Shown here one piece after another: positions 7,964 to 17,046 of a DNA stretch of 32,109 nt. The notes beneath the pieces were generated by a model. It searched no databases, was not told the DNA's origin, and saw nothing but the letters and a program-made list of their open reading frames with translations. The DNA is from an uncultured candidatus Brocadiaceae bacterium (GTDB lineage Bacteria > Planctomycetota > Brocadiia > SM23-32): NCBI GenBank assembly GCA_964534775.1, contig CAZHPE010000001.1, forward strand, positions 33,009 through 65,117, written 5' to 3'. The position numbers were made by a program, and so were the translations under genes. Within the stretch, counting starts at the first letter, position 1. Each line of letters opens with the position of its first letter.

Positions 7964-9487
7964 TCAGGACGAGCCCGCAACGGCCGCCGACTGGTGCTTC
8001 TCCGTGATCCTGCGCTGGATGTCGTTCTTGTATAAACCCCACATACAGACCGGCACGGTTTTCACTGCGCCCGTCTCCGGGTCCTCGTAGGCGAACCCCG
8101 AGGGGCACCCCTCCAGTCGCGCGGACTCGACGGAGTGGTACTCTTCGAAAGGCAGCACCACCATGAGCATGGCGCTCTGGACGTTGGTGTGCTTGCGAAG
8201 CTGGTCTTTCAGCCGCTTGCCTATCGCCAGGCCGCCGAGGATGCGCGCCACCGCAAGGAAACGATTCCCCTTCAGGAGCCTCTTCGTGTCCAACGCACCC
8301 AGCATCAGGCCGCCGAAGGCCCGAATCACCATGAGCCGCCCCCGCCATTTCTCGAACCACTTGTGCGCGTCGAGGCGGGCCAGCTTGACGTCCAGCTTCT
8401 CGGCGCGGCTGACCCAATCCTGGGCTATGTCCTCCAGGGGTCGTTTCAGGTAATCGCTGAGCGGCCGATAGCGCTCTCCGTCGGACAGCAGGTAGGTGGC
8501 GGTCTCACAGTTCGGATGAACGCCGCCGAAGCGCAGGGGCGCAGCGCCGAAGAAATCGAGCGACAGCCTCAGGCTTTCCGACGGGCCCATGGGCAGGAAC
8601 TCCACCCGCCCTTCGGGGAACGCCTCGTCCACGATCTGCTCGACATCTTCGGTCGTGGTCGCAACGTCGGTCTCGAACTCCCCGTCCTCCCACGTCTCGG
8701 TGAGCGGGATCAGGTGCAGGCACTTGATGAAAGAGCGGCTCTCATGGCAGAAATCTATCAGCGACCGCATGTGCTTGTCGTTGATCTTGCGCGCGACGCA
8801 GCACATGATCGTGTTCTTGTGCCGGCTGTACTTCTTCAGGTTCTCGAGCGCCTTCAGCTTCTTTGGATATGCGGCAGGCGTCTTGCGGAGCCTTTGATAT
8901 ATCTCGGGGTCCAGTCCGTCGAAGGCCATCAGCACGTGGACCTTCTCTTCGCATATCCGCTTGCAGTATTCCTCGTCGGCCAGCCTGAGCCCGTTGGTGA
9001 CGATGCGCGGGGAAAGGCCGTAGTTGCGGGCCATCTCGATTATCTCGAACAGGTCGTCGCGCATCGTGGGCTCGCCGCCGAACAGATTCACGGCCGTCGG
9101 CTTGGGTTCCATATCCGCCAAGCCCTTGAAGATGTTCTCGAAGTAGCTGAGCGGCGGATGGAACTCGAACCCCATGCTCGGGATGTTGGCGATGCAGATG
9201 GGGCAGTTCATGTTGCAGCGGTTGGTAACGTCCAGGAATATCATGCGCGGATTATGCTGCACTTTGCAGTTTTCGCAGCGCAGCGAGCATTTCAGCGGCG
9301 AGTCGGGGTCGAAGTGGCAGATATCCCTCTTGCGCTGCCACCGGACCGCGTCCGAGCTCACCAGGGCCTCGGTGGCTCCGCAGTCAGGGCAGTTCTTCTT
9401 GATATATACCTTGCCGTCTCTTATTACATGTTCCGAAGAGACACGCTTGCGGCAGGTATTGCAGATTCCAAAATTGACCGGCGCCAT
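7964..9487 (-). CDS. Radical SAM protein with Tes/MJ0619 (GDGT-MAS)-like architecture
   Basis: N-terminal CNTC...KKNCPDCG, CSLRCENCKVQH, DVTNRCNMNCPICIAN (CxxxCxxC), GGEPT, TNG, FDG, HPNC, C-terminal RLEGC...VPVC. Confidence 0.85.
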   Translation of the reverse strand: MAPVNFGICNTCRKRVSSEHVIRDGKVYIKKNCPDCGATEALVSSDAVRWQRKRDICHFDPDSPLKCSLRCENCKVQHNPRMIFLDVTNRCNMNCPICIANIPSMGFEFHPPLSYFENIFKGLADMEPKPTAVNLFGGEPTMRDDLFEIIEMARNYGLSPRIVTNGLRLADEEYCKRICEEKVHVLMAFDGLDPEIYQRLRKTPAAYPKKLKALENLKKYSRHKNTIMCCVARKINDKHMRSLIDFCHESRSFIKCLHLIPLTETWEDGEFETDVATTTEDVEQIVDEAFPEGRVEFLPMGPSESLRLSLDFFGAAPLRFGGVHPNCETATYLLSDGERYRPLSDYLKRPLEDIAQDWVSRAEKLDVKLARLDAHKWFEKWRGRLMVIRAFGGLMLGALDTKRLLKGNRFLAVARILGGLAIGKRLKDQLRKHTNVQSAMLMVVLPFEEYHSVESARLEGCPSGFAYEDPETGAVKTVPVCMWGLYKNDIQRRITEKHQSAAVAGSS

Positions 9488-9533
9488 AATCCCGACCTTC
9501 CCTGCACGCCTCGCTCTTCCCCCACGCGTGCAA

Positions 9534-10100
9534 TCACTGTTCGTCCGCGGCATCCGCCGTCATGGACTCGCCCCCGCCATCGTCGCCCATGATGTCCAGC
9601 GTGGTCCAGCCGAGAAAGAAATCGGCGAGTTCCGCGAAGTGGCAGTTCAATGTGATGCCTACCCACCCCAGGTGCAGCAGCTTCGGACAGTTGAGCAACT
9701 CGTGCTTCGGAATGCTCGTCCCCTTGACCACCGGGATGATGCCCACCTGCCACGGTTCGGGCGAGTTCGGGTCTTCCCAGTCGACATCCTCGTATCCGAG
9801 CTGCTCGCTTCCCTTCAGGAGGATCCCGCCAGCCTTATGGCGCATCGGCAGCGCGCCGGCATCCCTATGCGCGATGCCAAGAAGCGTGCCGTCTACATTA
9901 GAGTACCCGAGCGACACGACGTTGACGAATCCCGCGTATAGAGACAGTTGGGGCTTCTTCGAGACCGTGATGCCGAACTCCATGAAGTCGAGCGCGTCGT
10001 TACCCCTCTTCTGCATGTAACTGCATCCGGTGCTGCTGAAGAGCAATGCGCTCAACAGGACGACGCCAGCCGCACACACAACAAACCTATTAGCCATCAT
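9534..10100 (-). CDS. Hypothetical lipoprotein
   Basis: Basic N-terminus, hydrophobic stretch and lipobox STG-C (MMANRFVVCAAGVVLLSALLFSSTGC). Lies 46 bp upstream of the radical SAM gene on the same strand. Confidence 0.75.
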   Translation of the reverse strand: MMANRFVVCAAGVVLLSALLFSSTGCSYMQKRGNDALDFMEFGITVSKKPQLSLYAGFVNVVSLGYSNVDGTLLGIAHRDAGALPMRHKAGGILLKGSEQLGYEDVDWEDPNSPEPWQVGIIPVVKGTSIPKHELLNCPKLLHLGWVGITLNCHFAELADFFLGWTTLDIMGDDGGGESMTADAADEQ

Positions 10101-10264
10101 GCCTACCTACCCCCTGGACAATCTACGCCAGCGAGAATGTGGATGATTACGAGCGTCCGCCACGAAACAACATACGCCTGCAGGTGCGGGAGCATACTCC
10201 ACGAACCTGCGGATGTCAAAGCTTGAATTTGGCAAAGAACAGCACGGATGAGCACGCTCCAACT

Positions 10265-10297
10265 GTACCACTGTACCACAAAAGCGTACCACAAAAG
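10265..10297. repeat. Direct repeats GTACCAC x3 / GTACCACAAAAG x2 (operator-like)
   Basis: GTACCAC at 10265, 10273 and 10286; GTACCACAAAAG at 10273-10284 and 10286-10297. Confidence 0.7.
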
Positions 10298-10311
10298 GCC
10301 CATTCGGTCAA
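10283..10311 (-). promoter_or_regulatory. Putative sigma70 promoter for the lipoprotein-radical SAM unit
   Basis: Minus strand TTGACC-N17-TACGCT with extended -10 TGn. Confidence 0.6.
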
Positions 10312-10392
10312 GTACCGCCACCGGCAGCACCGAAACGCAATGCCCCGTTGTTCTCCCCTATCGCCATCGGCCGCCGGCCTGATCTCGTGGCG

Positions 10393-11493
10393 TCAAGCGA
10401 CCCTGATGCGGAACCAGCGGATGCCGTAGACGCAGTCCTCGCAGCACCAGCAGTAGCCCATGATTTCGCCCCCGGGCAGCATCACCATCCCGGGGAAGCC
10501 GAACTTCAGCGCGCTCAGCTCGTCTGCGCTGGCCCCTTCGCCGACCATGCCCGACTGCGCCCCCTGCCATATCGGCGCCTCCTCCAGGTTCACCCAGCGG
10601 TCGCCGTCCATCCGCGAAAGGTTCGCCCACAGGCCCGGCCTGTCGTCCCGGCGGTAGAGGCACAGGATGCGGCCGTCGGCGAGCGGGTGGATCTTGGTGG
10701 TCTGGCCGCGCAGGCCCGTGGGGCGCGGCGCGGAGAACGTGCGCCCGTCCTCCGAGAGCGCATACGGCGTGGGATCGGTGCGGCCGGTACCCTCATCGAG
10801 CGCCCAGCAGACGGCCAGCAGCCGGCCGTCCGGAAGCTGCCGGAGCGACTGCTCCCAACTGGTGAGGTCCCGGCCGTACTGGTCGATCACGTCCAGATGC
10901 TCGGCCCACGTCTCGCCCTTGTCGTGCGAGACCAGCGCCACGGCCCTCACGCCATAGGGCGCCTCGCCGTCCCATGTCTTGAACATCGCCGTCGGGAACA
11001 GCAGGCGTCCGTCTGCCAGCTCGACCACCGAATGGCAGATCTCAAACCGCCCGCCGGGCAGCGACGGGCGCACCGTCTCCGGCCCTTCCCAGGTGCGTCC
11101 CTCGTCATGGCTGCGCAGAACGATCAGCTCCGTGTCCACATAGCCGAGGTTCTCGCGGTTGATTATGCCCACCTCGGAATCGTCGCGGAAGATCCGCCCG
11201 CCCATGGCGATCAGCGTGCCGTCGGAGAGCCGGTTGATGCGCACGGTGTGGACCGAGCGGCGCGGGACCGGGTCCTCGAACATCCGCGCCGGCTCCGACC
11301 ACGTCGCCCCGCCATCGCTGGAGCGGCACACGTAGGTGCGGTAATCGAGGCTCTCCACCGCCTGCCCCAGGTCGAAAGCCGCCACCAACTCGTTCTCTCG
11401 CAGGCACACCAGCGACGGATGCCAGGCGTGGATCGCGCGCAGGTAGGGTTTCGGGTTGCGATAGATCAGGCCCGTGCTGAGACATTCGATCAT
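10393..11493 (-). CDS. BNR/Asp-box beta-propeller, sialidase-family protein (no signal peptide)
   Basis: Asp boxes SSDGGATW, SHDEGRTW, SHDKGETW, SEDGRTF; C-terminal FGFP. Confidence 0.85.
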   Translation of the reverse strand: MIECLSTGLIYRNPKPYLRAIHAWHPSLVCLRENELVAAFDLGQAVESLDYRTYVCRSSDGGATWSEPARMFEDPVPRRSVHTVRINRLSDGTLIAMGGRIFRDDSEVGIINRENLGYVDTELIVLRSHDEGRTWEGPETVRPSLPGGRFEICHSVVELADGRLLFPTAMFKTWDGEAPYGVRAVALVSHDKGETWAEHLDVIDQYGRDLTSWEQSLRQLPDGRLLAVCWALDEGTGRTDPTPYALSEDGRTFSAPRPTGLRGQTTKIHPLADGRILCLYRRDDRPGLWANLSRMDGDRWVNLEEAPIWQGAQSGMVGEGASADELSALKFGFPGMVMLPGGEIMGYCWCCEDCVYGIRWFRIRVA

Positions 11494-11516
11494 GGCTTGC
11501 CCCCCTATTGACGAAA

Positions 11517-13853
11517 CTATAGAAGACGCTGGAATCCGCTGTGGGCCACGGGGCCCTTCAGGCGCTTTTTCACCTCTTCCTTCTCAAGCGCGTCGGCGAT
11601 CTCGGCGAACACCTCATCGATTGCCACGGCGTAGCGCCCGATGATCCGGTCAGTGTGCGCCAGCGTAACGGAGATGGACAGCCCGGCGAGGTAGCCGCGC
11701 TCCAGCATGAGCTGAATGTAGAGGGTCTTGAGCTCGGCGGCGAGCGCGTGCTCGAAAGCGAAGTGCGCCAGGGCCGGGTAGGTATCCTCAACCTCTACCG
11801 GAAGTCCGTGCCGCCCGGCCGCCGCGCGCCAGGCGTCCTGGACCTTTCGGCCGATGCGTGCGCAGTGCGCCGGCACATCTACCTCCTGCATCTTCCGGAT
11901 GGTGGCGAGCGCCGCCGCCGGTCCGATTCCCTCCGTCCAGTATGTGCTGCTGATGAAGGACGTGTGAGCGCCCTCCATGGCCTCGCGCGTTCCAATCACG
12001 GCGGCCATGGGGTGGCCGTTGGCGATGCTCTTGGCGAAGACCGCCATGTCGGGCGAGACCCCGAGCCTAAGATGCGCCCCGCCCAGAGCGAGCCGCCAGC
12101 CGATCGACACTTCGTCGAAGACCAGCAGCGCCCCGGCCCTGTGCGCCTCGTCGCGGACGAACTCGAGGAACCCCGGCTCGGGGTCCCGGTAGCGGCACGG
12201 CTCCATGACGACCGCCGCCAGCCGGTCCCCGTGCTCGTCGAGGATTCTCGTCAGTTCCTCGCGGTTGTTGTAGGTGAAGGTGAGCGAGGTGCCGCGGAGC
12301 TCCCTCGGCACCCCGAGCGGATCGAGCCCGGAGAGCAGGTGGCCGCGCAGGGCGTCGTTCTCGCCGAGGTTCGCCGCGAGATACCAGTCGTGCCAGCCGT
12401 GGTAGCCGCAGATGGCGATCAGCGAGCGGTCGGTCGTGGCGCGCGCTATGCGGGCCGCAATGCTCATTATCTCGCCACCGGTGCGCGCATACCGCACCTG
12501 CTCCGCCCATGGGTGCAGCTCGCAAAGGAGCCTGGCGAGCTCGACCTCCTCGGGCGGGCTGAGCGTGCAGAAGCTGCCCCGGGCGATGCGGCGCTGGACC
12601 GCGCGGGTTACATCCGGGTTCCTGAACCCCAGCAGGCATGCCGAGATGCCGGTCTTGCCGACGTCGTAGTAGTGCCTCCCGTCCAGGTCCCATACCTCGC
12701 ACCCGCGCGCCTCGCGGAAGTAAGCGGGCCACTGATCCGGGGCTTCCATCTCGGGGCGTTTGCTAAGGAGCTGCGTCCCGCCGGGGATGATGGTCTTCGC
12801 CTCGCGGTAGAGGTCCTGGACGACGCCCTCCGTCTCTGCCTTCATGCCGAGCAGGCGCAGGGCGTTGTCGCAGAAGACGTCCTGGAGGTCTTCTGCGCTC
12901 AGGAACCCGCCATCGGCCGCCCTGAGCAGCGCGTGGAGCGATTCCAGGCCGACCATGACCGGTTCGCCGAAGAACGCCCTCTCATTCCATTCCATCTGGT
13001 CCGTGGCGACCCAGACGAAACCGGTTCCGAGCGTGACGGCGCGCCCGCGCTCCTGCGAGACCGGGAAGTCGGTGCCCCACAGCAGGCGGCGCGGGCCGAA
13101 CTCGTCCAGGATGGCCGCGAACGGCTCGGCCTCGCAGATGGCCGCCGAATCGAACCAGACGTTCTCGAGCCCCCGCAGCGCGGAGATGCCCTTCACGGTG
13201 TTGGTAGCGTTGAATCCCCGTGCCGCGTGGGCCAGCAGAAGCCTGGCGTTCGGGTACTTCTCGCATCGGGTGACGATGCTCTTCTGGTTCTGCGGGTCCG
13301 AAAGCGCGCCGAGCCGCACCATGTGAAGCAGGATGACCAGCCCGCGCTCTTCGGCCAGCTCCCACGCCCACTCGGGCACGAACTCATCCAGCGTACACTC
13401 GTACGAGGGCGATTTCCCGCTGTAGACGTGGTAGGGCTTGAAGCAGCGCACGCGCGGGTTCTGAAGCAGCGCCTCGGCGGCCTCCCGCGTTTGCTCGGGG
13501 TAAACAAGGATGGAAGCCGCACACCCCGGGGCGTCAGCAACCTGCGCGGCCACGTATGCGTTGGCCGCGTCGGGATCGCCGTCCCGGCTGGGGTGGGGCG
13601 TGAACAGGGCGCCGCAGAGGCATTCGGCGCCCACCTGGCCGCCGATGTAGTGGCGCCAGGTCGCTTGGTCGTACTCCGGCGGACCGCTTGCGTAGAAGGC
13701 GCCGTAGGGGTCCAGATGCTCTTTGTGGAAGAGGTGCGCGTGGACGTCGAAGAGGCGTTCCGGAAGGCGCGCCTGCAGCTCCGCCGCAAACGCGCGGTCC
13801 GCCTCCGTGAAGGTCCATCCCGGGGGGATGTCGGGGTTCATCATCTCGCTCAT
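11517..13853 (-). CDS. Fusion of an N-terminal amidohydrolase-superfamily domain and a C-terminal class III aminotransferase (GSA-aminomutase-like)
   Basis: N-half: DVHAH, KPYH, LLHM, LAHAARGF, WFDS, GTDFP. C-half: IPGGTQLLSKRPE, RTGGE, GYHGWHDW, MEP, FDEV, FAKSIANG, SSTY. Confidence 0.9.
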   Translation of the reverse strand: MSEMMNPDIPPGWTFTEADRAFAAELQARLPERLFDVHAHLFHKEHLDPYGAFYASGPPEYDQATWRHYIGGQVGAECLCGALFTPHPSRDGDPDAANAYVAAQVADAPGCAASILVYPEQTREAAEALLQNPRVRCFKPYHVYSGKSPSYECTLDEFVPEWAWELAEERGLVILLHMVRLGALSDPQNQKSIVTRCEKYPNARLLLAHAARGFNATNTVKGISALRGLENVWFDSAAICEAEPFAAILDEFGPRRLLWGTDFPVSQERGRAVTLGTGFVWVATDQMEWNERAFFGEPVMVGLESLHALLRAADGGFLSAEDLQDVFCDNALRLLGMKAETEGVVQDLYREAKTIIPGGTQLLSKRPEMEAPDQWPAYFREARGCEVWDLDGRHYYDVGKTGISACLLGFRNPDVTRAVQRRIARGSFCTLSPPEEVELARLLCELHPWAEQVRYARTGGEIMSIAARIARATTDRSLIAICGYHGWHDWYLAANLGENDALRGHLLSGLDPLGVPRELRGTSLTFTYNNREELTRILDEHGDRLAAVVMEPCRYRDPEPGFLEFVRDEAHRAGALLVFDEVSIGWRLALGGAHLRLGVSPDMAVFAKSIANGHPMAAVIGTREAMEGAHTSFISSTYWTEGIGPAAALATIRKMQEVDVPAHCARIGRKVQDAWRAAAGRHGLPVEVEDTYPALAHFAFEHALAAELKTLYIQLMLERGYLAGLSISVTLAHTDRIIGRYAVAIDEVFAEIADALEKEEVKKRLKGPVAHSGFQRLL

Positions 13854-13855
13854 GC

Positions 13856-14824
13856 TCACGCCGTCCTTTCGCTTATCTCGTCCAGCGGAACCTTGCGCCC
13901 GCCCTCCTTGCGGCTGCGGGTGCCGGCGATGATGATCTTCATCATCTCGACCGTCTGCGGCCACGGGATCGGCCGCTCGCCGGTGCGAAGATAATCCACG
14001 AAGCTCTGGAGCTGCGTCTTGAATGCGTAGAACGTGTCGGAAACGCTAGCCTTCAGGTCCGACTTCGTGCCCATGACGGAGAGGTGCCCGAACCCGCCGT
14101 GCATGTCCTTTATTGCGATCAGGACCACATCAACGCCGCGCTCGTGCTCCAGGTGGACGATGTTGCGGTCTATGGTGCCGGTGTTGCGCGCGGAGGTAAA
14201 CCCTGGCCCGACAAGGGGATACAGTCCTTCCAGGGCGTGAACCCCGTAGCGCTCCCAGGTCTTCGCCGTGGAGAGCGAAAGAAACCGCAGCTCTCCGATT
14301 TCGCCCAACTGCTCCCGCGCCGCCGCGAACTCGCGCGAGTAGCGCAAGGCGCTCGAGGAGATGAGCGCCTTGCCTTCCTGCACCCAGGCGTGAAAGGCCT
14401 GGAGGTCGGGCTCGTTATCGACGAGCGGCTTGTCGACGAAGATCGGCAGCCCGGCCTCGATAAACGGGCGCGCCCGGTCCACGTGCTCGTGCCCGATGTC
14501 GGTGGCGATGATGACGGCGTCCACCTGGCCGATCACGTCCGCGGCCGTCTCGACGACGTTGGGTATCCTCGAAGCCGCGGCGACCCTTTCGGCAGCGGTC
14601 GGATCGTCGGTCCAGATGTGGGTCACGCGGGCGCCCTCGATCTGGAGCGTCGCGGGGTCCTCGGCGCCGAGGTACTCGGGGATCGTGGCGTAGGGGCAGT
14701 CCGCCATCGCCTCCCGATCGTACCCGTTGAAGATGGCGCTCCAGGAGTAAGGGTGGCCGTTCCCGTCGACCATGCCGAGCATGGCCAGGCGTATGTTGTC
14801 TGCGTCCGGCACGAGGGCTGCCAT
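13856..14824 (-). CDS. Gfo/Idh/MocA family oxidoreductase
   Basis: RLAMLGMVDGNGHPYSWS, DAVIIAT, FVDKPL, SSSALRY, YGVH; the stop abuts the next start. Confidence 0.85.
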   Translation of the reverse strand: MAALVPDADNIRLAMLGMVDGNGHPYSWSAIFNGYDREAMADCPYATIPEYLGAEDPATLQIEGARVTHIWTDDPTAAERVAAASRIPNVVETAADVIGQVDAVIIATDIGHEHVDRARPFIEAGLPIFVDKPLVDNEPDLQAFHAWVQEGKALISSSALRYSREFAAAREQLGEIGELRFLSLSTAKTWERYGVHALEGLYPLVGPGFTSARNTGTIDRNIVHLEHERGVDVVLIAIKDMHGGFGHLSVMGTKSDLKASVSDTFYAFKTQLQSFVDYLRTGERPIPWPQTVEMMKIIIAGTRSRKEGGRKVPLDEISERTA

Positions 14825-14870
14825 ATGGGGGGCGTCCTTTCCTCCGACCTGTTGGCTCTCGGCCGGTCGG

Positions 14871-15881
14871 TTATATCTCCACGGCGCGGCCGAGCCGCCC
14901 GCTCTCGGCGGCGGCCATGCAGATCGCAACTGTGTGCGCGGCTTCCTCGAGAGAACACAGGATTTCGGCCTTCCCTTCGACGGCGTCGAGGAAGTTGTTT
15001 GCCTCGAGCACGAAGGGCTCATCCACTTGGCCCTTCGCGTCGCGCTTGCCGGCCGGCACCGGCGTCCAGTTCCATTCGCCCGTCTCGCGATGCAGGATGC
15101 CCACCTTCTCGAGCGAGTTGTCGCAGATTACTTGCTTGTCATTGCTTGAGAGGGTGACCCGGTTGGTCTGACAGGGGTGCCACATTGAGACGTGGATGTT
15201 GCACATGGCGCTGCTGTCGCGAAAGCGCAGCAGCGCCGAGAGCGTGTCTTCCACGTCCGCATCTTCCCAGGCCAGGCGCTCGTAGCTCGCCACCACCTGC
15301 CTCACAGGGCCCAAAAACCACTGGATCAGGTTGGCCCGGTGCGAGAGCTGGTCCGGAATCGCGCCGCCACCCATCGCCTTACTGACCGCGTAGGTGCTGC
15401 GGTAGTCCGGGCGGGCGACGCGATGGTCGTAGCCGCAGACGCAGGTGATGTCCAGAATCTCCCCGGCCCGGCCGGAGTCGATCTCGTCCTTAACCACCTT
15501 CGCAATGCGCGTCGCCCGTAGCAGAAAGGCCACGCCGATGGTGAGCCCCTTCTGCTCAGCGGTGCGCCCAAGCTCGGGGACGCCCGCCAGATCCAGCGAG
15601 AGCGGCTTTTCGATGAAGGCGTGACAGCCGGCGTCAATCACCCGGCGCGCGTAGGGCACGTGGAGGCGGGGCGGCAAGCAGATAACCGCCGCGTCGAACC
15701 GGGACAGGTCGATCCCATCGAAATCATCGAATGTGGCGGAGAGCGCATACCTGGCCGCCATCTCATCCCGGCGTTCCGGCTTGGTCTCGCACAGCGCCAC
15801 CTCGGCCCGGCCCGTGTTGATGAAGCACCGGGCGTGGCGCTCTCCGATGCTGCCCCCCCCTACCACCAGCACTCTATACAT
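14871..15881 (-). CDS. Gfo/Idh/MocA family oxidoreductase
   Basis: VVGGGSIGERH, FIEKPL, GGGAIPDQLSH, VEDT; GGAGGAG RBS. Confidence 0.9.
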   Translation of the reverse strand: MYRVLVVGGGSIGERHARCFINTGRAEVALCETKPERRDEMAARYALSATFDDFDGIDLSRFDAAVICLPPRLHVPYARRVIDAGCHAFIEKPLSLDLAGVPELGRTAEQKGLTIGVAFLLRATRIAKVVKDEIDSGRAGEILDITCVCGYDHRVARPDYRSTYAVSKAMGGGAIPDQLSHRANLIQWFLGPVRQVVASYERLAWEDADVEDTLSALLRFRDSSAMCNIHVSMWHPCQTNRVTLSSNDKQVICDNSLEKVGILHRETGEWNWTPVPAGKRDAKGQVDEPFVLEANNFLDAVEGKAEILCSLEEAAHTVAICMAAAESGRLGRAVEI

Positions 15882-15928
15882 GTCTCCTCCCTAGTCCGTG
15901 GGCACGCCACGCCGCAGCCATGCGGGTA

Positions 15929-16016
15929 CCCATCGCCTAACCGTGAGGGGTCCATGCCGGGCCGCCTGGCGCAGCTTTCGCTCCGGTCGCCCATCCCCTA
16001 CCCGTGAGGGGTGCAT
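15929..16016. repeat. 27-bp imperfect direct repeat with a 61-bp period
   Basis: CCCATCGCCTAACCGTGAGGGGTCCAT (15929-15955) vs CCCATCCCCTACCCGTGAGGGGTGCAT (15990-16016), 24/27 identical. Confidence 0.7.
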
Positions 16017-17032
16017 ACGGCCTTGATGATGGGCTGATCGGCCTCGACGATCCCCTTGAATGTCGCCTCGTAATCCTCGAGGCGGAACGTGTGGGAGATT
16101 ATATCCTGCGCGGGCATCATGCCCTTTTGCAGGAGCTTCAGCGACATTGGGAACTTGATGGCCGGCTCGGCGAACGTGGGGGTGAGGGTCCGCTTGTTGA
16201 AGACGAGCTCGTTCACGTCCACCGTAATGCTCGACTTACCGCCCAGGTGGATGCCGATGAACGAGACGGTCTCGCCGAAGCGGCCGGTTTCGATCGCGAC
16301 CTCCATGCTCTGGGGCGGGCTGGTAACGATGACGCGGTCCGCGCCTTCGGGAAAGTGCTTGTGGACGGCCTCCACGGCGTCCTCCGCGGCGGAGTCGACC
16401 ACGAAGTCCGCGCCGAGTTTCCTGCCGACCTCGAGCCGCGCCTTCTCCATCGGCCTGCCGGCCTCGTACCCGACCAGCCCCACCGCCGCCGCGCCGCGCA
16501 GCTTCGCCAGTCGCACGCACATGATGCCGAGCGGGCCCGGGCCGAACACGACCACATCGCCCGCCAGCGGGATGTCCGCGTGGAGCACCGCGCTGAGCGA
16601 GACCGCCTGGGGTTCGGTGAGGCAGGCCAGCAGGTAGTCAAGGCCCTCGAACGGGTCGCAGAGGCGCTCGTGGACGACCATGTACTCGGCCATGCCGGGG
16701 CGCCCCTCAAGCTCGTGCATCCGGCGGCACAGGTGCGGGTCGCCGTTCTTACAGTTCACGCACATCCCGCACATGCCGACGTCCTCGATGATGACGCGGT
16801 CGCCGACCTTCACGTTCGTCACGTTCCTGCCGACTCCCGTGACCTCGGCCGCGATCTCGTGCCCGAGGGCGTTGTATTCGCCCTCGGCATCCCTGGCGAA
16901 GTGGACGTCCGTGCCGCACACGCCGCAGGCGTGCACCTTCACCAGGGCATCGTTATCGCCCAGGGCGGGCAGCTCGAACTCCCTCAGCTCGAAGTCCATG
17001 AAACTTCTGGCGAACAGTCCTCTTGTCTTCAT
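15998..17032 (-). CDS. Zinc-dependent medium-chain (polyol/sugar) dehydrogenase
   Basis: CGVCGTDVH, LGHE, CGMCVNCKNGDPHLC (structural Zn site), GPGPLG. Confidence 0.92.
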   Translation of the reverse strand: MKTRGLFARSFMDFELREFELPALGDNDALVKVHACGVCGTDVHFARDAEGEYNALGHEIAAEVTGVGRNVTNVKVGDRVIIEDVGMCGMCVNCKNGDPHLCRRMHELEGRPGMAEYMVVHERLCDPFEGLDYLLACLTEPQAVSLSAVLHADIPLAGDVVVFGPGPLGIMCVRLAKLRGAAAVGLVGYEAGRPMEKARLEVGRKLGADFVVDSAAEDAVEAVHKHFPEGADRVIVTSPPQSMEVAIETGRFGETVSFIGIHLGGKSSITVDVNELVFNKRTLTPTFAEPAIKFPMSLKLLQKGMMPAQDIISHTFRLEDYEATFKGIVEADQPIIKAVCTPHG

Positions 17033-17046
17033 CGCGGAACCCTCTC

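Noticed and set aside
10103-10429. Small ORFs in the gap upstream of the lipoprotein (possible radical SAM precursor peptide)
   Set aside because: They overlap the predicted promoter and repeats, lack an RBS, and are more AT-rich than the real genes; nothing looks like a RiPP precursor.
11517-12830. hemL assignment for the class III aminotransferase (and hemE for 30936-32024)
   Set aside because: The domain is fused to an amidohydrolase inside a sugar cluster and there are no tetrapyrrole genes nearby; the similarity is family-level only.
15929-16016. 27-bp repeat plus 34-bp spacer (61-bp period) as a mini CRISPR array
   Set aside because: Only two imperfect copies, one inside a coding sequence, with no leader and no cas genes.
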